Origin: Camelus dromedarius
Taxonomy: Eukaryota
DNA length: 64,000 nucleotides
Direction of reading: 5' to 3'
Assembly: GCF_036321535.1 (NCBI RefSeq)
Contig: NC_087454.1
Coordinates: forward strand, 19,158,001 to 19,222,000
In this document: piece after piece, positions 11,630-22,730 of the stretch
Layout: each line of letters opens with the position of its first letter
Position numbering within the stretch: position 1 is the stretch's first letter
Notes under the pieces: model-generated
What the model was told of the DNA's origin: nothing
Database searches by the model: none
What the model saw: only the letters and a program-made list of their open reading frames with translations
Program-made: the position numbers and the translations under genes

Positions 11630-12592
11630 ATAATTTTGCATCTCGGCAGGGGTGGAGAAGAGCCTGGTTGCTCCAAGAATTGATCCTAGGGGATGTCACA
11701 TTCGTCAAGTTGCACACTCATTGGCCTCTTCGCTATGGGGACATTCCAACCTGCACTTCTGGGAATGCTCTGGATTCCAAGTCGGATCAATTTCTTCTGT
11801 CATCTACCTTGTCTCTCCCTTTCCCCAGATTGTTACCCACATCTTTCTGCTCCTGTCTCCCATCTGGAACCCCTCTCTGGCCACAGCCAGGCTGGTGATT
11901 TTCTCTCCTTTAGAGGACACCTGTGCTGGGGAGTAACACAAAAGAGGGTCTCTGCCACAAACTGGAGACCAGGGACCTCCTTGCTGCAAATTCCAGCATG
12001 CCAACTTTGCAAATGGCGGTTGTTTCTTCCAAGATCTCAGCCCTGAGGGGCGGAGCTGAGAGGTGTGCAGGGTTGAAGGGAAGGCGCAGGAAAAGTCCAA
12101 AACATCCGAGAGCCAAGTGACTCCTGCAGAGTGAGGACATGGGGAGCCCTAACCAAAACCAGGAGAAGGGGGGAACCCACAGAAGGCTGGCCAGAGCTCC
12201 ATCTTGCCCGGCAGCCTTCCAAGGAGCCAGGGGAGCCAGGGATGGGAACTGGGCAACGTGCCTGCATTCAACTCTTTCTACAACCACATCTAGTCCAGAC
12301 GGGTCCCTCAGACTCTCCCCCCACCTCATCCTTATTCTCCCATCTTCATACCTATTGGAGTGTTCACTGTTTTATTCAACAATTACTACTTGATGGTCTA
12401 TCAGACACAAAAGAAACAAGCTAGGTGCTAATTAATAACAATACAAGTTTCCATGTGCCACTCCTTGTCCCTTTTCCTTTCTAGATTTCCTTCATTACCC
12501 CCTTACCTGGGTTCCTCTACCCCCAGTCTCCTTACCCTGGAGGTTAGTCTTCAGGAAAACCAAACAGAGAAAGACCTGGACAGAAAGGTCAT

Positions 12593-13857
12593 TTATTTCT
12601 GTTCCAAGACCTTTAGTTGCTTTCTTTCCTCTGCCTCCCTTCTCCCCTCCCCTCCTTCCCTCTTCCAGGGGTATGGATCCAGAAAAAAATCCATTTCCTT
12701 CCCTGCTGTAGGGGGTGTATCATGAAAGAAGCCAAGCCACTGACCCAGGAGTGCCCAGCATTGATGCGGACTCCCCAGCCACAGCCCCTTGGCTTTGTAG
12801 CCCCCCCAGTGGCCCAAAAGGTCCTCCTTCTCCCCAAAGCAGACGTCGCAGATAGGGCAGCGGTAGACCTTCTGCTTCCAGTGAGTCTGCTGGTGCCTGA
12901 CCAGCCCCGAGAATAAAGTGAAGGACTTGCCACAGTGGAAGCAGCAGTTGGACTGCTCTGTGAGGTGGGCCTTCTGGGGGCCAGGGAGACAGGCTCTCTT
13001 GCTGAAAGTCAAGGGACAGTGAGAGCCAGATACCTTGAATCTTGAAGGCTTTTCTGGGTGAGAGTTGGTCTTGGAATCCAGGAAGGTGGCTCTAGTATTG
13101 GTCGCCTGGGTCCCGATCACAGGCTCTGGGGTTGTAAAGACGGGGGCCTGAGTTTTCATAGTGATCACTCGGTTCTTGGCTACAGGTGCCTGGTTCTTAT
13201 CTATAGATGGCTGGGCCCCAGCCTCAGGACCCTTGGTTTTAAATGCAGGTCCTTGGGTCCTGGCCACTGGTGCCTGGTTCCCAGCTGTGAGTCCCTGGAA
13301 TCCAGCTGCGCTATCTGGAATCCTCACAATATGCTTCTGGTTTCCAGTCCTCTGCTCCTGGCCTTGGTGTGTCTTCTGGTGGCGTTTGAGCTCGGATTGG
13401 TCCCGGAAGCACTTCCCACAGAAGGGGCACGAGTGGGGCCGGTAACCCAGATGGACGCGGCGGTGACGACTCAGTCCAGAAGCGTCACAATAGGTCTTGT
13501 CGCAGAGCGAGCAGCGGAAGGGCCTCTCCCCCAGGTGCATGCGCCGGTGGTAGCTGAGGGCCTTGGGGTTCCGGAATGACTTCCCACACTGGCCGCAGGT
13601 GATGTTATGCCGCTTGGGACTGTGAACAAACTGGTGGCTGTGGAGGCCGGAGCGCTTGCTGAAACACCTGCCACAGATGTGGCAGGAAAAGGGTGGCCCC
13701 GCCCAGGATGCGGGCAACACTGACGTCCTGTCCAGGGACCCAGCTGGAGTGGAGGAGGGGCTCACCCCTCTGCCAGCAAGAGGGACCTTCTTGTCATCAC
13801 TAGTCCCCTGATCTCTCTCACTTTGACTCTGTTCTTCAAGTTTCTCCTTCTTGCCTC
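12593..13857 (-). CDS. ZFP57: ZFP57 last exon, C2H2 zinc-finger array
   Basis: Fingers include [21 protein letters not shown] and [21 protein letters not shown] (the methyl-TGCCGC-reading pair). Acceptor ccccccag|GA, phase 1. Confidence 0.97.
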
Positions 13858-14661
13858 CTGGGGGGAACAAGGAAGAATAACAAGCTCTCCATTCAGTTCA
13901 GTTTACTTCCCCCACTCTTGCCCTCCTTCTCCTGCCCAACATTCACTCTCACTCTTAGACCTCAGAGGCCAGAGATAAGAAAAAAACTTCAGGGTTTTCG
14001 AAATAAAAGCAAATAAAAATTTAACTGGAATCTTCCAACAATATCAGAGATCAAAATTTTAACCTATAACCACATTTCTTGAAATCTGTTTCCTGTTGTT
14101 TTTCAATATTGTTCATACTCCCACCAGCACTCCACAGACACCCACAGGTGACCTTGTAAATTGGGACACATGAGTGAAAGGAGATGGCATTAATAATCAA
14201 GCAACTGTGTGAAGCATAAACCAGGGCTGTTCTGGCAAACCAGGAGGTGTGGTCAGCTCAGACTTAAATTTCTTTCAAGTCCTTATTCAACTCTCAGAAG
14301 CAAGTCTCCACTAATCCAACTCAACATCAAGCTCACCTCCCTTCCCTTTCTTTTCTCTTAGGAAGGATTTTTTTCATCACAGGGGTATCACTGACATAAG
14401 CAGCCCACATGTAGTCTATTCACTTGTCCCTAGAAACTGAAGCTATTCACTTGTCCCAAATGGCTTCCATACTCATCTTCTTGAAGCCAAGGGACTTGCA
14501 CGGATGATCTCAAGGTTCCTCCCAGCTCCAAGTCTGACCAGGCTGGGAGGATGCAGGCTAGGAGTGGAGATGCAGAGCCCTGGTCCTCTTAGCCAGCTTT
14601 CCATCCTCCCAAGGCACGTCTCGGGCCCTTTTCACCCTCCTCTCTCCTCTGCAGTTCTTAC

Positions 14662-14763
14662 CTGAATGAAGACCTCCATTTGAGGGACAGAGATCTGCTC
14701 TCCACTGTTTCTCTTCTTGTTCAAGCTTGGTGATCAGATCTGGATTAGACAGAAAGATTCTGG
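14662..14763 (-). CDS. ZFP57: ZFP57 exon after KRAB-A ([22 protein letters not shown]..., KRAB-B-like)
   Basis: 102 nt, ctccag|...|gtaag on the minus strand, phase 1/1, matches recalled human [22 protein letters not shown]. Confidence 0.93.
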
Positions 14764-15050
14764 CTGGAGAGGGGGAAGGAGAGGAAGAGTTGAGGTCCCC
14801 CCCAGGCTCCGCCCCTTCACACCTGATGGGGACAACAGGCTACCTTCTTCTGTACCCTTGGTTTAAGAACCATAATCTGGGACACTCAGGTACAGGGAGG
14901 GGACACTCAAAAGGCCAGCTCCTAAAAAGTGCCTGGTATGTAATAGGAGTGACTCAGTAAGTATTGGTTGGATGAATAGGCAAATTTGCAAACTTTGAGA
15001 ACACTGTCATCATGTTGCAAGTGTTATCTTTGCCTTCATGCAAGCTTTCA

Positions 15051-15404
<354 letters not shown>

Positions 15405-15769
15405 TCAGAAAACTTAGAGAAAAGGGAAACTATGGAAGGAGGGGAGAAATATGAATAGACAGCAACTTCAGTGCGCAGACAGAGAAGGAAGGATGGAGAG
15501 GAGGGAAGAAAAATGTTGGGGGAGGAAGGAGGGGTATATAATGAATAGAAATAGAAAGGAAACAAATGAAAAAGGCTGCCACTCTGATGAACTTCAGCAA
15601 GTACTCCATGAAGGATGCCAAGGGAGACTGAGAAGAGCCTTGAGCCTCTTTTCCTGGGTGTTGTTCAGCTTGGAATAGTCTGAGATTCCATCTGGTCTAT
15701 AGACAGGAAAATGGGTGAAAGGGCTCCCAGGGTCCAGGACTGGTCCCTCCTTCTCTAGCTTGGTCTCAC

Positions 15770-15895
15770 CTTCACCCACATCTTCCACCAGCACTCTGTC
15801 TTCACGGCTTCCTGCAGAGCCTCTTCGTCCACCCCAGAGAGCAGCTTCTGTACAGGTTCGATTGTCTTCGGCTGGTCAAACACCTTCTCCTTCAT
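15770..15895 (-). CDS. ZFP57: ZFP57 first coding segment (MKEKVFDQPKTIEPVQKLLSGVDEEALQEAVKTECWWKMWVK)
   Basis: Resembles recalled human MFEQLKPIEPVQKTLPWV...DCWREARVK. Phase-0 donor AAG|gtgaga. The exon acceptor is probably at 16254. The start codon is uncertain (in-frame ATG also at 16024). From 15895 the CDS is 1620 nt (539 aa). Confidence 0.8.
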
Positions 15896-17399
15896 ACTGT
15901 CTTTGTCTAGCTCTATCCACTCCTGGCCTGGCCCCCAAGGCTGACTAGACTCCTTCCTGGAGCCATCTACCTCCCCACAACTGAGTAGACAGAGAGATTC
16001 TGCAAAGGTCCCAGAGTTTGACATGGATTCCCGTGGCAAATGTATCTGCTCCAGGGGGCAGTCTTCCTTTTAGGTTCTGTCGTCCAAATTCTTTTCTTTC
16101 ATAGCCAAGAACACCTTTGGTCCCCTCCAAGCCTAGGCTATAGAGTTCAGGGACCCGGTCACCATTGTTCGGTAACTCCAGATTAGGGCTCAGAAGATGT
16201 CTGCCTTCTGGTTCACCCTGCTTCCAGCCATCGGCTGGTGCCACCTCTAGGAACCTGAGATCAGAGAGAAACAAAACATATCAGCAAGAGGGGGAATGAG
16301 GAACAACAGCTTCCTTATTTGGTCCAGGGCCACCAAGAGTCACTGACCCCCTGCTTTGTACCTAAAACCTCTCAGCACTGGCCCATGGGATAGCAACTAC
16401 TGACCCCTTTTTAAGGAACCTCAAGTACAGAGGTGCTAGGTAACGTGATCAAGGATACCCTTCGTCCACAGCAGAGTTAGTGTTCAAAGCCTCGACTCTG
16501 TATTGCTGAGGACATGATTTTTGCTGTCCCAAAGCCCTCTCTAGAGCAATAGTACGGTATTCTGGAAAGAAAGCACATGCCTGAGGTAACCAGCCCTGGA
16601 TCTGTCACAAACCACCTTGCGCAAGTTTCTTCATTCTGGTTTCACTGGAAAATGAGATTAAAGGAGATCTCTAAGATCCCATCTAGGCCCCCAAAATATA
16701 CGGTTATGTGGATTTTTAACAGGTACAGATTCTTGTAAAGAATGATATCGATGACAACTCAACAGCAAACACTTATTCAGGGCTCGCAGGGCCCTCGAGG
16801 GAAGTTCCTGCTCAGAGGCAGACATGGCTGAACTCCCACCTCCTCCTGAGATGGAAGGAATAGAATAAAGATATTAAAACCTGTTGACTTTCTTCCTTTC
16901 ACTTTTTTGGATGGTGGTAGAATTGAAAACACCAGCAAGGAAAAGGGCATTTAACAATGGAATGGAGTTAATGGGATGGCTAAAAAGAAGGCAGATGCAA
17001 GAGAAAGATGCATTCCTGGGAGGTGAAGCTAGCTTCCGCCCCGCCCCTCCCTCCCTCCCTCTCCTTCAAGACCATCCACAGTCATTCCAAATGAGGTGTG
17101 CAGGTCTGGGTGGTTCTACTCTCCAGCCAAAGGTAATAAAAGTAATACTTCCAAACAGTTTCAATAATAGTATCCCCAAGGTCTGGCTTTCCTGTTCTCA
17201 GTACCATCTCTGTCAGTAGCTGTCAAAAAGAGGCCCACGGCCCAGATTCAAAGCTGGCTCTCTGGTTTGGGAAGGGAGCATGACTGTGGAGACTTAATTT
17301 CTGGCAGCTACTGCTTGCCCCTGGCACTATTGCCTCCCGTAGTACTTTCTACAGTCACAAGGCCCAGAGCTCCAACCGGCTGGCCCGAGAGTGGAGGGA

Positions 17400-18460
17400 G
17401 GCTGAGTATAACTCAACAGACTTCCGGCGCAGGCCGGTCTATCTGTTCCCGGGCCTGTCCCCGCCCTTCCAGAAAGCAATTCCCTCGAGGGCGTGTGTCG
17501 CCATTTTCCAGTCTTCTGAGTCCACCCAATCTCCCTCTAACCCCCAAATCCGTCGGTGTTTTCCCACAGCAGTTCTGAGAACGATTCAAATCCCCAACAC
17601 ATCTGCCAGGCTTCGCGGGGTCAGCCTTCGCGCCCCCTCCCCAGGTGCTCCAACCAGTAGAGTTTTCTGCCCTTCGGTCAAGCAAAACGACCCTCAAGTT
17701 TCGCCCTTCTCACGCGGCCTTCCGGGCTCTGTGCTCTGTCCCTCGAGGGCCCTTCCCACTCCTGCCCAGACAGGTCGCACGCCCAGCTCCTGCACTCCAG
17801 GCTCGAGGGCTCCCGCGGGCCGGGACGGAAAGTTCTGGTCACCATCGCGTGGCACCTCATCAGTACCCACTGAAATGGTCCCGTTGACTGGGACGGCACT
17901 GCCCGATGATGCCCATCTGCCCCAAAACTTCATTGCTGGGATCCCATCTTTTTCAACACGTGCCAGGAGCCCCTTCTCTTGGCCAAATCCCCAACGTGGC
18001 AGGAGTGGTCGCCGCACCAGGCCACACCCTGACTCACGCAGGTTTCCCCAGGGGCCCCAGAGGTTGGAAGCTCCTCCAAGATCAGCAGGCAATGCTCCGC
18101 TCCCTTGCAGAGGCCAGGGGCGGAGGAGCACAGGACAAAGACCCTTCATTAGCCTCCACCGCGGCGAGCTCAACTCCCGGCTGTCCCTACTCACCCGCCG
18201 CGTGCCGAGGCCTGGGACTTCGGGACGCAGGGTTTCCGGGGTGGGGGCCAGCGGCGAGCCCGCTCCGCCCCAGCGCACTTTTACCGGGCGCCCGCGGCCC
18301 CGCCCCGGCCCCGATCTCCCCGCTGGTTTCCGCAAGCCCACCGCGTACCCTGCCGGGATAAGCTGTGGGCCCGCCAAGGTCAAGAGTTCACAATTTAGGA
18401 AGCTTAAAAGGAAGAGGGCCCGCCCCGCCTCACTAGCCCATCCCTCTGACCAATTGCAAC
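17400..18460 (-). promoter_or_regulatory. CpG island / probable ZFP57 promoter with non-coding exon 1
   Basis: Dense CpG, GC boxes at about 18296-18310 and 18418-18428, and a strong minus-strand donor CGG|GTGAGT at 18194. Confidence 0.65.
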
Positions 18461-20599
18461 CACTGGTCCCACCTAGCGCTGGGATCTTTCCTTGTTCCCA
18501 GTCTTAATTGACTCTTGGGGAAAAAGGATTAAATTACCTCTGATTAAAACACACAACCATCAACCACCATCACCCAGAGCCCAAAGGAAAAATGAGACCT
18601 TCATGGGTCCCCAGAAAGAGACCTGGAGGCATATAGCACCTTAGGAAAGCAAAAGCAAAGGAGGAGAACACTCACTGTGACTTAAATAATGATAGCTGAC
18701 AGAGGTGGGGGCAGAGAGCACCACGCCCAGGTAAAGGTCTACTTCCCATGGCCATGTAACCGAATCCAATTCAACCTTTCTCAGCAATGCCTTTGTTTTT
18801 TTTAATCAGCTTAACAAAAATCATTTATTTTCTTTCCACTTAATTACCATTTAACCATCCACCACTTTGTATTATGATTTTTTATTTTTCACATTGGCAT
18901 GGGGTTTTACAATATATACAAAACTTTTGTAAACATAGCCTCCATTAAATCTGCACAAACACCTTGTGAGGCAGGAATTGCTATTCTGTCTTAATAGGTG
19001 AGGAGACAGGCTGAGAGATGTTGAGCCTTGCTGGAGCTGCACTGGGACGGGAACCAGACTTTCAGGTCTGCACACTAAGTCTCGGCTCCATGGTTAGTAC
19101 TGGATGGCTGGCAGATGCAGGTTTAAGTCTCTTAGCGTTCTCAAGGGACCTGACACTGTGCTCTGCCCTTGCGGATGTACAATTCATGTCAGAGGCTGAG
19201 AGGCTCCTGTACAGTCAGATGGAGATACTCTGCTGGTGGAGAAGGCAGTGGGAAGAGCATGGGATTGAAGCAGCTGCGCAGATTACCATCTTATTTAGAC
19301 CAACATGAAAACAGGCTGGGGGAGGGATAGCAATTATGCTTTCCATTTCCATAAAGGAACTAAATCATCCTTTCAATAAAGACAGGATCTGACCCTACAC
19401 AGGCTTGAACCTACCTCACTTGTCTTACCCTAATCCTGACCCTGCTTCCACATAACTTTATTTACAAAACTAGGCAGCTAGCCCCTACACCATAGTTTGC
19501 AGATTTGATTTGATCCTCAAATCTTGAGAATCAGCGAAGAAAAGTGGGATGAATAGGACATTTATTCATTCATTCAGTAAGCAATAGACCATAGGTTTGG
19601 GTGGAGGGATTGGGACAGAACCAGTTTTATTCATCTCCGCAGCTCTCTCGGCAGCATTCAGTGCAATGCTTAGTTTGCAGCAGATGCTCAACTGAGTAGA
19701 GGAGTTTCTAGCTAGACAGTAGAGCAGCACCATATGCATTATGATGCAGTGCAAAGTCCTAAAATAGAGAAGAAACCAAGTAAGGGAAACTGATTCAACT
19801 CATGACAGCAACGGAGGAGCATTGTGAAATGTGGGGTAGGGGTTGGGGGGACTACACTGAGGTGGAACAAGCTATAGGACAGATATTGAGGTCTGAGTGT
19901 AAAGAGGATGAGGTGGGGGAAGAGAGTTGGAGGAGAGCCAGGTATTGTGGGAACCTCTATTTATGGAGCCAGGGTATAAAGACTCTAAGGGCCTGAGTTT
20001 GATAGAATAGAGGGCTGTTAAGAAGGGGAAAAGGGAGAAGCCCTTCTGGTTCTGATCTACATGGTTCCAAATACTAACACAAACCCTTGAGCTAACAACC
20101 AGATTTATGATGAAGACTCCAGGATGAAGTTTACTAATAGCCACGGTACTATTTGGGCAGCTGTCCATGAATCAACTTCCTGATTCTCAGTCTGTAACCA
20201 TTGCCCCAGTTCTTTCTCATTAACAGACAATAAAATGGAAGACCTCACCCCACTGTAACAATCTAGCAAGCTGTGGCAAGATCTCTATTGTTGGAGCCCC
20301 ACAAACCCTCTGAGCCACTGCTGGAGGAGATCATTGAGAAGATGTGACTGCCAGTGGACCTGAGAGCCAGACCCAGGCAATCCAAGGCTCCTCACTGCCT
20401 CCCCTGTCATTGGAATGTAAATTCCAACTGCCATTCTCACACAAAGAGCCATTTCAAGGACACAGTCTTGAGAGAATGTGTTGTTGAGGCCATCTGGACT
20501 GAATATGTGATTGAACCCAGTTAAGACTGAACCTCTTTTAAGATTCTGGTGGGGCAGTGCAGAGATCTACTCTCCTTGCAGCCACCAAAGACAAGCCTC

Positions 20600-22050
20600 A
20601 TATGTAAGCTCCTGTGCTTATTAAAACAGCCACCAACCAATCTGGAGCAGCCTGCCTCTTTCTTTGCTCTTTCCTTGTCCTCACTGTATAGGGACCAGTT
20701 TCAGAGTTCACAAAGGAAATTCCCAACAGGTGAACCAACAGCTGCAAGTCAATGTGATGGATGATTTTGCTGATTGGAGCCTCTGGCAAAGGGAGGCAGC
20801 CTGTTCTCTGTGGCACCCCTTGGGGTTTTGGACCTGCCACCTTCCTAACATGGTTACTGGGTGCACTCTTTTTGAAAAGCAGCATTAGTTTGCAATTGGG
20901 CTCCTATCAAAACTAAACACTTGACCCATGGAGGCCTTTGGACATTCTGGCTTAATATTCACATTTGAGGGTAGGTCAACTTGGACTTGACTTCTAACAA
21001 AGTGGGAAGAACCCAATAATCTTCACTTGGAAATGGTATATTTAAGGATGTAGCTGGCCTGGCCTCAACACCTCTACTTTACATGGAAAAGTGGCAGATA
21101 TCGCTCTGGGAAAAACTTTACCCCCTACTCTACCAGCTGAAGCAAAGCTGCTGGTTCAATGGGGCTCTCAGTCCACAGAGAGTCCCTAAATGCTTGTGAC
21201 TGAGACTGTGGTTTGGGTAAGCTGAAACCCAATGCTGCCCCTGGCTGACACAGCCGTGCAATCTCATTGCCAGTGATGCAGAATCAAAAAATGGAATGTC
21301 GTCGCTCCGCTTGGTGGGCAGAGCTCAAGGCCATTTCATAGTTCTCACCAATAACCCCTTTGATCAACCTTCCTATAATTTTACTAACTCTCGGGCTGTT
21401 GCCAATGGCCTGCTTATTTGGTCTGCCGTTTGAAAAACTAGACTGGCTAGATATCTCTCTTTGGAGCTACATACTGTGGAAATAAACCATAGCTGCTTAT
21501 CTGGGTCACTCAGGTGAATGCCCACAGAAGAGCCTGGTCTCTGATAAGATCGACCAGAATCAAGCTGCTGATGGAAACGTTTTGTGAAGATTATCCCCAT
21601 TGCTGCCTGGGTCCATATCATACCAGACATGGCAAGACATTCACCATCACAGACTGGGCACAAAGTAAAGGAATCAGTTTCTGATTTGGACTTATGACTA
21701 CTGCCAAAAGTTGACTTGTCTTACAATGAGGGAATCCACATAGAAAGAAGCACTGTCCACACCTGCTCCTGGCAGATGGACTTTATTGGATCTTTGACCC
21801 CCTCTCAGGGCTATCAGCGGTGCCTCTCCACTGTTGCCACTTTAGGGTGCAGTGTTGTTATTCTAGGTCACCTCCTCCATCCATACCATCATGCCCCTTG
21901 AAGCTAATCTGTGTCATGTTTTCAGCTTCCCAGAAAACATGACAATGGTGTGCCTTTTATTGCAAAACCACTTGGCAATGGGATGATAATTAAGGTATCA
22001 ATGGACCTTTCATGTTTCCTACCACCATTCACAGGCTGAAACAGCCTTCT
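20600..22050 (+). mobile_element. Degenerate ERVL (class III) pol remnant: RNase H and integrase
   Basis: Broken frames give PLGFW...FEKQ (about 20817), WAELKAI (21315), FTNSRAVANGL (about 21380) and WQMDFIGSL (21770), in the expected pol order. Confidence 0.85.
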
Positions 22051-22369
22051 CAAAAGCTGACTAAAAATGATATTTTACTTTCTTCCTCACCTCCTCTTGG
22101 CCCACATACCTTAGTAAGACATCTTGGTCATGAATCTGCTGTCCCCCTGAAAGTATCATCTCCTCTAGTAATGATCAAGATGAAAGGGGTGGGAGGTCAT
22201 ATTTTGGAAATCCCTGGACATGATGCTTCTTTTTCCTAAGAGCCAAACAGCAACCCCAGGCTGCCCTAGCTGGTACATCCTCTGGGTGGCAGCCCAGCTA
22301 AAGGCGAAGTCTAAGAGATCCAAACTTACCTCTGGTCCAGCTACTTGGATTCTTTTGTTGGGTTTACTT

Positions 22370-22730
22370 GGTCCTAGATTATAAGGATAATGACCACTTG
22401 TTTCAGTTCACTGCTCATTAAGTCCCAAGTCCCACACAGACCAAAGTTGGGGACATAATCAACCTCTGTAAGTTTTATGAAAATGTTCTTGTCCCTCTTA
22501 TTGAAACAGGGAAGGATTATGATTGGGGCCATTCGAGTCACATGCCAACCCCTGTAGCCAATCACTGGCTACACTGATGTCAAGCGCTATAGCCAAGAGG
22601 ATGGTATTATGATTGGCTGGGACTTGTGGTGGGGGTAAGCAGTTCCCTGAGGGTGGGATTTTGTTTATGAGAAAAAGGGACACTGGACAGGCAAAAACAG
22701 ACGAAAACCCACACTTATAGACCACAACTT
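22370..22730 (+). mobile_element. MaLR LTR (MLT1K/J-like)
   Basis: ..gagtcacatgccaacccctgtagccaatcactggc..tgattggctggg..caggcaaaaacagac resembles MLT1J/K. Confidence 0.6.

Noticed and set aside
13058-13579. 173-aa plus-strand ORF
   Set aside because: Antisense shadow of the ZFP57 finger exon.
17694-18507. 258-aa (+) and 229-aa (-) ORFs in the ZFP57 CpG island
   Set aside because: Pro/Arg/Gly-rich with no domain. Long stop-free frames are expected in GC-rich islands.
19018-19308. ORF with WEE..AAAQIT, superficially like the MHC class I alpha2 motif AAQIT..KWE
   Set aside because: The motif order is reversed, and there are no conserved Cys, splice sites or neighbouring class I exons. Treated as coincidence.
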